A stretch of 55,894 nucleotides of DNA, the filler included, from Basidioascus undulatus (lineage: Eukaryota): the NCBI GenBank assembly GCA_000826855.1. It is 3 parts of 3 records of this genome, joined end to end, with 100 filler letters (N's around TTAATTAATTAA, not from the genome) between each part and the next. Parts side by side here need not be neighbours in the genome. Positions count along the whole stretch, not along the records: positions 1 to 18,586 come from JTLS01000456.1; positions 18,687 to 37,248 come from JTLS01000457.1; 1 more part is not named here. The stretch is one strand, 5' to 3'. A program made the position numbers and the translations under genes. This document shows, in pieces, positions 16,810 through 29,488 of this stretch (positions are counted from its first letter, which is position 1; the number at the start of each line of letters is the position of its first letter). The notes under the pieces are model-generated. The model had not been told where the DNA came from and did not search any database. It saw only the letters and a program-made list of their open reading frames with translations.

Positions 16810-18425
16810 TGGGACGGAGGACATGCGCATCTGTCCAGGGCTTTCATTCCGCTAGATTTTTATGTATCAGTACACGGGTTACGAGTCATGACAATTGAAT
16901 TGCTTGTTGTGGACGGAGCGCTGTGTTTCCCGACCCGTTCCTCGAGCAACTCAATCAACGGGATGGCATCTGCGAACGCTTTGTTACCCGATGAAGGTAT
17001 CTACAGGATCGGTGTACCATAGAACGCTTATTGTTATCGGAACATTGATGTTGGGCTTCGGCTGGATGGCCCTCTTGCATTTCAAGCGTGTATGCCGCTG
17101 CCGAGAACAATTTCTTGGTGGGGACTGGCTGTACCCGTCCCGTAAAATTAGCATCTATCCCTGTAGATGCGTACAAGGCTGGGGCTGTGGAAGCACAAGC
17201 CCGTTGACTGCGAAAGTCAAGCCGGGTCTACGGCTGTCATACTGACAAACTTTTCTAGCCACCAAAGCATTTTCGATGCTCACCCTCTGGATAAAAGCCG
17301 CTGAGAGCGAATCAAGAGACACTGCACGCGGACTGGTTTGTCAATCGCACTGCAATAAAGGATTGCAAAATACGTTTCAATGGATTGAAATTATCACCCT
17401 GACAGAATGCCTCAAAGTTGTTACCCTGCCTGAATGACTTGTAGTTGTCACAGTGCCAGAATGCCTCACAGTTGACATTCTGACAGAATTCTTCAAAAGT
17501 GCCACAGTGACTGTAATGTTGCCAGTAGATCCAGATCTGTACACGATCAGTTTCTTGAATGCGGAACAGAAAAAAAAAACATCAAGGAAGGCAATGCAAA
17601 TTGTGTAAAGAAGAGAAGCAGTACCCACTGGGCGCAGCAGAAAACCTGGCAAGTGAAAGCTGTGTTGGGCAGCTGCACTTCATCCTCTTGCTCATCTTGA
17701 ATGTTTTTTGGCATCAACACTTTGAAATGCGCCGCTGTCCCCTTACAATACTCCTCCAGGCTGAACTGGCTGTACTTGAGCCTTGAGCAAGCCCGGCAAG
17801 ATTTCCAAGACGTCCGCTATTGCGCCGTGAGCCTTCCCATACAAGTGCAGGAGACGGGGAGAGTTATGCAGCTTCTTTGGGGAGAGCACGCTTTCGCCCC
17901 GGAATAGATAGTAGAGAAAAGGAGCAATTGTGCAAAAGCTTTTGAATGGGCAGATGGTGCGCTGCCCGATGATGACCTTGAAGTGTTGCAGGTCGAGAAT
18001 GACTAGGTCGCCCAGGCCTGCTTGACTTTGAAGCCGTTAGATAGGTACTCGCGCTCTGCTTGAGTGCACTTCATTAGAGAACGTCTTTCTGCGGGCTAGA
18101 ACCCGAACCGAACAGCGCCACGACAATTACATCGCAGCTGATGAGACCGTCTCCAAAGGCCTGCTTTTCTTCTGAACCGCTGCTCAGCACCTGAAATGCC
18201 GGCTTCCTATGGACGAGTACTCAGTCTTTGCATTCGACATGCAGAGTGTGGTAATAAAAGCTTCAATATATATCCAGCTACCATGTTATCGTATCCGCCA
18301 GCATTCGTCCGCTCGCAACTGCCTTTCCTCTTCCCCCTTCTCCCTCGCCGACAAACTGTCATCGCTCCACACAATCCTTCAACCCCAAGCAATATATCGA
18401 ACACCACCCCATCAACCGGCTGCCC

Positions 18426-18586
18426 TCAAAGTACCGCAACAGCGACAGCGACCCCCACCAAGCCCGCGACCGCACTGCCCATCCACCTCGCTGCCGACGA
18501 CAGTCCAGGAGCAGCAGAGTTCGAGGCGGTGCTGCCCGTGGCGGCAGCGGCAGCGGCGGCAGCGTCCGCGGAAGACGAGGCTCCGG
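18426..18586 (-). CDS. C-terminus of a probable GPI-anchored/cell-surface protein (truncated by contig end)
   Basis: ...GASSSADAAAAAAATGSTASNSAAPGLSSAARWMGSAVAGLVGVAVAVAVL*: Ser/Ala-rich stretch followed by a hydrophobic terminal tail. Confidence 0.6.
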
Positions 18587-18686
18587 NNNNNNNNNNNNNN
18601 NNNNNNNNNNNNNNNNNNNNNNNNNNNNNNTTAATTAATTAANNNNNNNNNNNNNNNNNNNNNNNNNNNNNNNNNNNNNNNNNNNN
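18587..18686. other. Artificial contig-join spacer
   Basis: 44 N + TTAATTAATTAA (stops in all six frames) + 44 N. Confidence 0.98.
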
Positions 18687-20732
18687 GGCGAGCTCCTTGA
18701 GGAAGACCCGGCGCGTGAAGAGCTGCTGGTGCCCGAGTCCCGGCGCGGAGAGCATCGCCTCCGGCCCGCCTAGCTTCGACATGATCGACAGCCCCAGCTG
18801 GACGGTTCCGCGCCAGGCGCGGTCGGCGCCGAGAACCTGCAGAGAAAAGGAAGGGGCGTGCGCTCGACTGTGGCAGAGGTAGAGAGAAAGAGATTGCGCA
18901 CATCGTCTTTGAGGAAGGCAATGATGACAGCGAGAATGAAGTCGACGTCGTTGGTGGTGGGTTGGGAAGAGAGGAGGACGAGCGTGTGGTCCATCGCCGC
19001 GCGCTTGAGGCGCTTGCTAAGTCTCCCATTCGCGTCGTCCTCCTTCGGGGGGCCGTCCAGCAGCCGCTTCGCGCCGCGGAACTGTTGCTGCTCGAACTGG
19101 AGGAAGTGCATGTGCGTCGCGCTGATGGCGAGGAGGCCGCAGCGAAGGGCGTCGCTCGCGGGCGTGCGCGCGCCCGTGAGCGCGAGGGGCACGACGACGG
19201 CGAGGAAGGGGTTGCGCGGGCGCGAGGGCTCGTCCACTGCGATGCAGAGCCGCGACGACTGCGAGAGGAGGTGGTGCAGCAGGAAGCGCGCTTGCGGGGT
19301 AGGGAAGAAGGACGCGATTGCCGAGGGCGTGTGCAGCACGCTCGCGAAGGAGGCAGGCGTGAGCGCGGGGGACTGCTGCATTCGTGATGGGAAGGAGAGG
19401 GCGAGCGACGTGAGGGGGGTCGCGCCGCGGGAGGAGGTGGCGGGTTGTGCGGCGGGTTGGGATTGCGAAGCGAAGTGCTCATCTGCCTTGTCCGTATCAG
19501 CACGGCTATAGGAGATGCAGGTTTGTCAGCCGGGAGCACGCTCACCGATTGCGGAGTTCAGTATTGACAGCACATCTTCCTGCGTTTCGCGTTGCTCAGC
19601 AGACTGGTCGTCCTCCACGAAATGCGCCGGCGGGATCTGTATCGGCGGCGGGGGCGGCGGTTGCAGCTGGGGCGGGGGCAGACCGGCTGTCTGCGGCCGA
19701 GGGTTGGCAGGCACAGCAGCTGGAGTAGACGCCGCCGGCTGCGCACCGAACGCGACCCACCCGGGGCTGTTGGCGAGATTGAGGAGGGCGAGCGCGTCTG
19801 TCTCGGAAGGACCGAAGGAAGGCGGCGGCGGCGGGGTGGGGGTGAGGCGAAGGGGCTCGAACATCGGCTGCGCGTATTGGAATGTAGGTGGAGGATGCTG
19901 AGGGGGAGGTGGCGGAGGGAAGACGGGCATGCGCGCGGGTGAAGGGTGTGGAGGGGAGAATGCCGACGTGCTGGACTCGGGCGACGTCTGCAATGCAGCC
20001 GGGAGGTTCCGGAGCGGGGACAGGGTGGGGTTGACGGGTGGGAATGCTGGCATGGGTGCAGGTTGGGAAGGTTGGGGAGGAACATCGAGCGTGGAGAGGG
20101 GTGGTGCAGCAGCGAGGAGTTGCCTGGAAGTCCCAAAGGGTGTTGAGCACACGCGTTGGCCGGCCTGAGCAAGTGCACCACTCACCCGATGAGCCTCTTC
20201 CCCAGCAGCGCCTCCAGCCTTCTCAGGCATCCCATCGGATCCCTCCTCAGCGCCTCCTCCGCCTCAGCCGCCTCGTCGCGCTCCTGCGTCTCCTCGTCCG
20301 TGTCCGCGCCGTCGTCGACCTTGCGCCGCTTGCGCTTGCGCTCGGACGCGGGCGGGGCCGGGTACTCGCACGGCTTGCCGAGCGCGACGCACTTGAGGCA
20401 CGTCGGTTGCACCATGTCGCACTTAACCTTGCGTCTGCGGCAGTGCAGGCATCCCGCCCGCGAGCGCTTGAACTTGGGCCGCCCGGTCGTGCCGGAGAAG
20501 GAGGAAGGGGTGCCGTCCGCAGCGGGAGGGGAGCCATCGGTGGTCGTCGAGGGGAGTTTCGAGGATTGTACAAGAATGTCTGTGAATTTCCCAAATGTAA
20601 ATTGGGCATAACAGAAGCGGAAGTTGGGGAGATGGACGTACCGCTTAGGCGGGGGAGGGACTCGCTCGCCAGGGACGAGTCGGGCCCCAGACGTGTCAGC
20701 AGCTGCTGCAGCGCCTCGGCGCCGTCCGGCAT
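18687..20732 (-). CDS. Zn(II)2Cys6 fungal transcription factor (3' end lost at contig break)
   Basis: KRSRAGCLHCRRRKVKCDMVQPTCLKCVALGKPCEYP binuclear cluster; Pro-rich linker; C-terminal RNPFLAVVVPLA...ALRCGLLAISATH resembling a fungal-specific TF domain. Confidence 0.88.
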
Positions 20733-21366
20733 GGCTGGGTTTAACGTCCGGGCGTGACAAAAAGAGAAAAGCAGCCGAGTCTGTGCGGAATCACGGCCGT
20801 TGTCAAGGAAGATAGTCGCGGTGAGACGCTGAGGGGCACGCAAGGGGAGGAGGGCATGGAGCCGTCGGCAGCGGACGCCGGACGATAAGATGCCACCGAG
20901 GCTGTTGGACCCGGGTTCGAATGTTGACCTCGGATATGCTTTTCCTACTAAAATATCTCAGGTGTTTGGAGACATGTAAGCTTCATAACTTACAGGTAAA
21001 GCCCGCGGCAGCGGGTGTGCACGTTGGGCCACGCTGAGTGGCAAAGAAGCCAGGGAAGCTGCGAACCGCGTGGTGTTCTCGCTGCGTTGAGTTGCACTCC
21101 GAAGAGCTGAATGACCACAAGAACTGTGTGGTAAATTTGCGCTTACATCCAACATAGTCAAGTAGAACCTCAAGTCCCGTCTCTTTGGCAACTGCTCCGC
21201 GAGACTGCAACTCGCCGATGTGCTCATCCGGGCCGGCCTTCTCCGATCGATTTCTAGCCTACCTTCCTTCCTTACTTCTTGCTTTGGACCTTCGCAACCC
21301 ACAACCGCCACGGCGCGACCCTTTCCTACCTTTCCACCTCGAGCGCGAAACTCATCCTCACCCGCC

Positions 21367-22083
21367 ATGTCCCTCCTCCGCCTCGCCCGGCCCGTCCAGC
21401 GCTCCCTGCGCCCCCTTACCCGCTCGATCGTCTCCCTCGCGGACGACCCCTTCCCGCTCCCTTTCTCCCCGAACAACCCCTCCCTCGCCTCGCCGTCCCA
21501 GGGCGACTCGCTCGGACCGATGCCCCAGCCGATCGACCGTACGGGCGAGAGCCTGAACGCCAAGCGCGCACGCCTCGTGTACCAGAGCCGCAAGCGCGGG
21601 ATCTTGGAGACCGACTTGCTGCTGAGCACGTTCGCGAAGGACAACTTGAGCAGCATGACGCTGGAGGAGCTGGATCAGTATGACAAGGTGAGTCAGACGT
21701 ACAATCTGAAAGGCGTGGGGAGCGAGGCAGGGCGGCCGCCTGTGGTCATGGAGATGGCGACGCCGCTGCTTCTCGTGCCTCGCAGTCGCCCCGGATATCT
21801 TGCACGTTACTGACTGAAAATGCGCTATACAGCTTCTCGACGAGCCGGACTGGGACATTTTCTACGTGCGTGTTTCGCATCTCCTCTTTGCGGCGTTGAC
21901 CTTCAGCAGCTCAACATGCCCCCCACCCTGCAGTGGTCGCTGGAGCGCAAGCCTGCGCCGGAACGGTGGGCCAACACGACGCTTCTGGCCAAGCTGCGCA
22001 AGCATGCGCGCAACGAGGAGAAGACGGCGCGGAGGATGCCCGAATTGAAGGCGCACGCTGAGAGCCTGCTGCCGCGGGACTAG
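21367..22083 (+). CDS. SDH5: Succinate dehydrogenase assembly factor 2 (SdhE/SDH5), mitochondrial
   Basis: Arg-rich presequence, [40 protein letters not shown]-terminal RRMPEL; two introns. Confidence 0.93.
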
Positions 22084-22761
22084 GGTGTTGGACTTTTCGA
22101 GCCAACTTGGTTGGATAGATTTTCCGACTTTGATCTACTGCGTTTGTGTGAGCTATGAGGTCTGGGATTATAGTGGGAGACATTTTTCAGTAATATTCGA
22201 TTGTTGAACGTTTGAAGCTGTCGATCGTCTTGCTTGATGGACACGATCGTGTCCACCGGCCCCGGTAGTTTTCGAACCCCCCACATCCTGACACACCAGC
22301 ACGTTTACTTTCGTTGTGTCACCAGCATCTAAACCGAAAGTCCAGGTTCTTTCAGGCAGCATCCGAGCGAAGGAGTCGTTCTTCCATGGTTGTATCACCC
22401 AAACCGGGCCGGGCCGGCTGCCGAAGCCAGCTGACAGCCATCCACGCTGCACTCGCCTTTTTACGCGTTACCGCCTCCCAGACGATCTTTGAGGAGGTGC
22501 CATTGAAATAAAACAAAAAGGTGGGTTATCTCTGTTCCATCCTGTCTGGGATTCGGCATGCCGAGCGACGGCGTAGCGGCAGCCCACGAGCCCGCCCAGC
22601 CATGAGACTAAGCGCCGCAATGACGCCCGCGTCCAGATCGCAAGCTGCGAGCTTCGTTGATTACCCAACCAGCTTAAGCACCTGCCATTCTCACCTTTCC
22701 ATCCACCTCAACCTCCCGATTTCGTCTTCGAACTGAACGCTCACAATCACACACGCGTACC

Positions 22762-24597
22762 ATGACCGTCACCGCGAACCATCCCAAGTCCGAGGCTGCG
22801 CTCGAGGCGAACAAGCTCGCCGCTCAGCACGGGGTGGACCTCTCCAAAGTGCATCAAACCACCCCCCGCCCAACTTACTCTCTACTGAACGTCCTATTTG
22901 GTCGGTGCACAGCTCCCAAAACTTCTGGGTACGTCTCCCGGACTGCCAGAAATCTCAAGTCCCTGCACATGTGATGCTGAATAGCCGCGACGCTTCCCAC
23001 AGACCTTTCCCCCGAGAACATCACCGAGAATGTGCACGCAATAAATAGCAAGTGCGAGAACGAGCGTCAGAAGTTCATCTTCAAGAACTTGGTCCGTCGT
23101 CAATGCCAGTAGACTTGCTTTCTCTATCTGACGTGTCTTCCAGGTCCAACACCTACATGACTTCGTGCGAGAGACGTCCATCACGACCGAGGAGTGGATG
23201 TAAGTCTCCCCAGTACCCCGGAAACTTTCATCTCCTCTCAGCTGACGCTCGTATCTGCAGGACGGCCATCGAGTTCCTCACGAAGACTGGCCAGATGTGC
23301 TCGGACATCCGGCAAGGTGCGTCTCAGGAGCCCGGCCACCTCATTGCTCGACTTATTTTTTTGAGCCGCACAACAGAATTCATCCTTCTCTCCGACACGC
23401 TCGGTGTTTCGGCCCTTGTGGACTCGCTCAACCACTCGAAGCCCCCGGGCGCGACGGAGGCCACCGTGCTCGGACCTTTCTTTACGGAGGACGCGCATGA
23501 TGGTGCGTTTTCGCCCTTTCTTTTAGATTATCTTAAGAAGTCTGAATTTTTTTTTTGCAGTCGCTACCGGCGACTCTATCGCTTCGGAGGGCAAGGGCGA
23601 CTACATGTGGGTTGAGGGGAAGGTGACCGACACGAAGGTGCGCTGCTCGCTCCTTCAGCAGTTAGTACCAGTGCGCTGAAACATACTTGTCTTGAAGTAG
23701 GGAAATCCTATTCCGGATGCTGTGATTGAAACCTGGGGTGCGTCTTACTTTCGAATGAGGGGCACACCGGTCGTACTCCCACGCCGGCACTGCCTGGGAA
23801 TCCGACCAGTATCCCCTGCGCTCTTCTTTTAGCTTCTTCTTCTCATCCTTGCGTCTCATTTTAAAACAGAAACGGATAAGAACGGATTATACGACACACA
23901 ATATTCGGATCGCAGCGAACCAGACTGCCGGGGCCGGCTGCGATCCGGGAAGGATGGCTCATACGCTTACCGCGCTATTGTGTGAGTGCCGAGGGAACTG
24001 TTCCACGTAAACTATGTACTGACTGTTGTTATGCACAGTCCTGTCCCTTACCCCATTCCGAGCGACGTGATGGAGATATGTCCATATTAATCGTGCCGCA
24101 GAGCCCTGACATCCATCCGCATCGACAGGGTCCGGTCGGCAAGATGGTCGCCAGTCTGGGACGGCATGTCTTCCGTCCCGCACACTTGCATATGATGATC
24201 GAAGTCAGTTCGCGTTGCCTATTGTTTATCAACCACTCTCCTGACAATCACATTATCTAGGCCCCCGGCTTTGAGAAGCTCACAACGGCGCTGTACCTGC
24301 GTGGGGACCCCTACCTCTCGAGCGATGCCGTCTTCGGCGTGAAGTCGAGTCTTGTTATTGTACGTCCGGGTAAAAAAATGAGTTATTCCGAGCATCGAAC
24401 TGAAAAACAGGCGGGGACACGCCCACTGCTTGCAGGATCTCGAACCCATCTCGGACCCGCAAGCCGCGCTCGCCAAGGGCTTCGCCAATCCTCAGCCGCA
24501 CAAGGTCCTCAAGCGTGACTTTATTCTCGCCACGAATGATGAGGGCGTCGAGGCTAGGAGGAAAACCATGCCGGCGCTGTTTGAGGGAAAGGCATGA
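22762..24597 (+). CDS. Intradiol ring-cleavage dioxygenase (hydroxyquinol/catechol 1,2-dioxygenase family)
   Basis: VQHLHDFVRETSITTEEW, RQEFILLSDTLGVS, ATEATVLGPFF, GLYDTQY, PVPYPIPSDGPVG, RHVFRPAHLH (iron ligands), SDAVFGVKSSL. Confidence 0.92.
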
Positions 24598-24946
24598 GGG
24601 CGTAGCACCAGGTAGAAATCCTCTTGTAACGAGCAAGTGAAAGGTTGCAGTGATATTACGATCCAATGATACCCACGTAAACCTGCTTTCCGGCTTGCGT
24701 CGCTGAGAATTAGCGACAGCCGCGAATATTGCAGAGGTGAAACAGCTGGGGGTTGAGGCTGTTCAAGCTTCGTTCAAGGACATCTTGCACCTTACACAAT
24801 TCTGCATTTCATCTGGTCATAACGCAAAAAGTGGCCAAAAGATTCAATTTAGTTCTCGCGCTGGGGCGGTCCTGACTAGACATCAGGTGTTGAACGGACT
24901 GTCAAGTCTGAGCTGACAAGGTGCCGCCAGCCCGCGTTCTTTCTTG

Positions 24947-25718
24947 TCATTCTTGATCATTCACCACGACACCACCGCGGCTTACACGGCAGTTCTGCGA
25001 AAACCCACCGAGACGTACCTGCGAGAAGTCATCCACCACCTTCCGCTGGTGGTCCGCCATGCCCTTGATCATATGCTCTAAACTAGAAGTGCCCGTAGCA
25101 CCTCCCGCGCTGACGAACTTCCCGCGCTCACCGAGACCGCAGTGAAGTTCCACTCGCTATACAAGCAGTGCACGCATCGCGACTCGTTGCCGAGGAGGCC
25201 CTCCTCAGCGTGCGCCAGCGAGCAGCCGAGCTGTTCAGTCCTGTCAGTACGACAAAGCGTTCAAGATGAGCGACGGCAGGACGGGGCGCACCTTGCGCTC
25301 AAGCAGCATGTGCTCGAAATGGAACTTCTTCTCCAGTATCGAAGCCTGGTTCGGGGAGCTCCTCGGGCGCGATCTCGGGCGTGGGGAGTGGGGGAGGAAC
25401 ATTCAAATTCACTGGCCGGGTCGAGCGCGTCCGTGTACCTCAGCGAGGGCTTGCACTGCCTGAACATCGTAAGCCGCTTCTCTAACACATGAGGGGGGTC
25501 ACGTGCGCACGAAGCCCTTATGAGCCGCCCAGTCCTTCTTCTGGCAAGCGGGTGAGCATTCTGCGGAAACGTGTGTGCAAAGTAAGGAAGAACACGAATG
25601 CGAGATGAGCCTGGGAAGGAGGACGGACACCGAACGACTTTGCACCTTGTGCAAGCCGCGAGAGTACATGTCTCGCATGCGGAGACACAGATAGCACGCG
25701 CAGCTGGCAGAAGCCATA
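24947..25718 (-). pseudogene. MYND-type zinc-finger gene, frameshifted
   Basis: ACTRCKVVR...CSPACQKKDWAAHK MYND signature; segments before and after fall in different frames (extra G after HK gives GFVRT*); boundaries approximate. Confidence 0.6.
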
Positions 25719-26202
25719 GGCGAACTGCGATCGAAAGCGACTTCAAGAGTACGACATGCAACACGCAGTAGGTCGACCGAGCGAGTGTGGAAGATGGTTG
25801 GTGAGCGAGCGAGCCCACTGGTGGTGTTGCGTGTGGCACTTGAGAAATAGCGATTCGATTGATGAGGTTTAGTGTTAGAAGGTGGGAGAGGTGGGTGAAG
25901 GTGAAAGGTAAGTAAGAGGCCCGTCGAAAGCGGATCGTTATCGCTAGTGGCTTCAGAGCCGGCAACCATCTGAGAGGGTTTGCTTCTCCGCGATATGTGC
26001 ATGGTACATTGTATTGTCTCTTCCCATAGAATGGGAGACAGGAGACGATGCGCAGCCATGATGGCGCACGAGTGCAGGGTGCAGCCAGCCTTAGCAAGGC
26101 AGCGTGTTCCGCGCTCTGCTCCTCCTCATCCGCTCCTTTCTCAGCGAGCATACCCCTTGCAGCCCCGATATCAATCCGCGAACTGCAAGGCCGTGCTTCA
26201 TC

Positions 26203-26241
26203 CTCACCCCTCTCGCATCTCACCCCTCTCGCATCTCACCC
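26203..26241 (+). repeat. Short tandem repeat, 16-bp unit CTCACCCCTCTCGCAT, about 2.4 copies
   Basis: Direct reading. Confidence 0.85.
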
Positions 26242-26628
26242 GTCCACCCCGACAACCGCGTCCAGGAGCCAAACCACACCAAACAATCCACACGTCAAAG
26301 AACAACCATTGGTATACAAAGCGTCAAAGGGTGGAAGGTTAACAGTGTACTTTACGTCGAATTAAGTAATGCAGCGTGGGCGAATCAAAAAAGGGCGCAG
26401 GTCGTAGGCGTCGTAAGCACAAGGGGTGTAGTACAAATCCACAGCGCGGCCGCGGGCGGCGGGAAACCGGAACACTGAAAGGGTCATGGGTCATGACAGG
26501 ACGATGGGCGGACGCGGAAACAAAACAAGACGGGCGTGGGAGACGGGGTATGCGTAGGTGGGTCGGCGGAATGAGTGTGTGGTGGTCGATATCTGAGTGA
26601 GAAGCGCGAGGGTGACGGGGTGACGCGG

Positions 26629-27479
26629 CTAATCGAGCTTAATCGGACTGCTGCCGAGCCTGCGCGGGCTGCTGCGAAGCCAGTACGGTTCTGCGCGGGG
26701 GCTCTCGCGCTGGGTGTGCGACGCGCCGCGCGCGGCAAGGCGGGGCGAGTGGCGCACGCCGACGGCCGCGGGGGAGGCGGGCTTCTTGAACGGCGTGCGC
26801 GTCCCGCCGTTGGTGATGGGCGCCGCGGGGAGGAGGCGCGGGACGTTGGACGAGGGGGTGAGGGACGTGTCGTACTCGAAGGTCGTCTTGCCTTGGTCCT
26901 TCGCGTTGCCCTGCTCGCCCGCCCGTGATCAACACCCGACTTCCTCCCCAACAGAGATGGAGAAGATCAAGAACGCACCTTTAAGACGTACGCCCCCGTT
27001 ACGTCCCCCAGGACGCTCTCGCGGCGCATGAGCTCCGCCCTGCGCCGCATCCTGCGCTCCTCGATGTCCGCGCCGTCCGCGCCGTCCGCGGCCTTCTTCC
27101 CCTTGCCCACCTTGCCCAGCGGCTCGCTCTGCGCACGCTTCGGCGGGAATGCCGCCGCGTCTGCGAGTGCCTGGCGTCGCGTCGCGGGGCGCGGGGGCTT
27201 CGGCGCAGCGGCAGCGTCCTCCTCGATGAACACGTCGAGGCGCCTGGCGGCTGAGGACACCTTCTTGGTGGCTGTGCTCGAGCGCGTCGGGATCGCCGAG
27301 GAGGACGCGGCCTTGGGCCCGAGCGTCTGGCGCGAGGGCGCGTTCTCCTTGGAGGAGGGGCGCGCGGACGCGGAGCGCGGCTTGTGGGAGGTGCTGGTGT
27401 TGGTCGTGGAGGAGGAGGAGGCGGGCTTGGGCGGGGACTCGTACACCGAGAAGAGCGCGGCGCGAGGCTTGAGGGACAT
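26629..27479 (-). CDS. Disordered hypothetical protein with KEN box, D-box-like motifs and S/T-P sites (2 exons)
   Basis: MSLKPRAALFSVYESP...SSKENAPS...RRQALAD...RRESVLGDVTGAY; GT-AG intron joins in frame to ...RSSPRRLGSSPIKLD*. Confidence 0.7.
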
Positions 27480-28947
27480 TAAGTGTGGTTTTTGTCTTGA
27501 TGCCTTGAAGATTTGCGGTGCCGAGTGAGAAGGAAAGAGAGAGAAAAGGAAGAGAGGACGACGAGGAGAGTGGAGCGGGAGGACAAGCCGGTGAATGAAT
27601 GCTTCAGGCACACGAGGGAGCAGGACCCCGGCCACGGAAGCGCGGACACCAAACACCCCGCCAATATCCGATGCGATTTGGACCTCAGATCTCTCCTTCA
27701 CAAATCGCACTCATGCCTGAAAATCCCTTCATTAACGTACTATTCCTTAAAGTGCAGTAGATAAAGCTGCGAAGCTAATGTCGAGCCTTCACCTGCACGC
27801 AGAATCGCCCGTTTCAACCGTCGGCCGGAACCAAAACTGCGTGGAATCGACCATTCTGTGCTTCCCTGTGTCTTTTACATGCATTGTATTTCCAATAATG
27901 TGAATGTTGTCCTCTTGCACACCGGCGAAAGCCAGCAACGTGACGCGTCGCTGTTGACATGCACTTGTCAACCGCGAGTCAACCGCGACTAACATCCCTG
28001 TGCATTTCTCGCAATTCTGCTGATTTTCCGCCGGGAACAACAGTTGGCCGACTGTCAGAGAGCTAGCTGGCGGTGTGTTACACCGAAATATTTCAATGGT
28101 AGAAAGTCATGTGCTCTTCCTTTTTGCACGATGGGGAGAGCGGGCACGTCCGTCAGCTTGCTTGAGAAGCGCAGAGAAAAGCAAACACCGCACTCGCGTT
28201 GACGCGTCACAGCCGCGTCAGGCCTATCGAATTGCACTCCGTCGCGTAGCTTGCTGTTCTAACATACCAGGTCCATCCCTGCTCTCCAGAGAGTATGACT
28301 GTTCCATTTTATCCCTAAGATGCCCCGAATAGCATAGTCCTCCAGAAGGGATGCGTTGCTTGAGCTTCGCCCTGTTCACTGCCAGCTGAATGATTCCAAA
28401 GGTCGGAAAGATGGAGCCTCCGAGGGATAGTATACAAACTTAAGCGCTTAAATTTGAAAGCCGAATACTCTGTCTCGTCGAGAAACACTCACAGTGCCAG
28501 GAGTGCTGTATGCTGGCAGTGGTGGCTGCGAGCCCGAGTACGTTTGCGGCTGTGTCGAAGCACGCTTCGATCTAAATCCATATACTCGAAATGCCATAGT
28601 ATCGTTTCAAAAAGAGAGACAACCGGTCATGATCATGCTGCTTGAAGAGTGAACGTAGTACTCTAAGGAAATGATCGCGCTGCCCACCTTGCGGGTCAGG
28701 CCGTGCCCTGCCGCCCGCTTGCTTCCGCTTTCATTCAAAGGCCGTGCTCCGTATATGCAGGAGCACTCCCGAGAACTGCGTGGTACTGCAAAAAGTGCCC
28801 AGCACCGCACCTTCCCGAGGAAACCAACCGACAGCGACTCTGCCACAGCGAAGGTCCTCTCCCCACGCCCAAGCCCAGCACGCAACATGCAGCAGGAGAC
28901 AATCAAAGTGTCTAATTGGGTATCCTTCATCTTCCCTTCCTTCTTTC

Positions 28948-29488
28948 TCAGGCCTCCCGCTTCTTGAAAGCCTTCACGACATGCTCCACCGCGACCTCGT
29001 ACCCGCGCGTGCCGAGGCCGACGATGATCCCCGCGGCATTCTCAGAGAGGTACGAGTGGTGCCTGAACGGCTCGCGCTGGTGAACATTGGAGATGTGCAG
29101 CTCGATGAACGGGATGGACGTCCCCGCGAAGGCGTCGCGGATCGCTACGGAGGTGTGGGTGTAGGCACCTGACCCCGTCCTTCCCATTCAGCGTCTCTGA
29201 CACAATGGAGAAGAGGGAGAAGGAAAGGGGAAGGGAGAGAGGAAACGCACCAGGGTTTATAACGATCCCGTCCACGCCCTCCGTCCGTGCCTGGTGGATG
29301 CGCTCCACGATCGCGCCCTCGTGATTGCTCTGGAAGGCGGCGAACTTGGCCCCGTGCGCCTCGGCGACGGCGCGCGCCTTGCCCTCGACATCGGAGAGGG
29401 TGTCCGCGCCGTAGATGCCCGGCTCGCGCGTGCCGAGCAGGTTCAGATTCGGCCCGTTGATGAGCAGGATCGAGAGCGGGGAGGACAT
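28948..29488 (-). CDS. qa-2: Catabolic (type II) 3-dehydroquinate dehydratase
   Basis: [62 protein letters not shown]; one intron 29169-29250. Confidence 0.97.
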
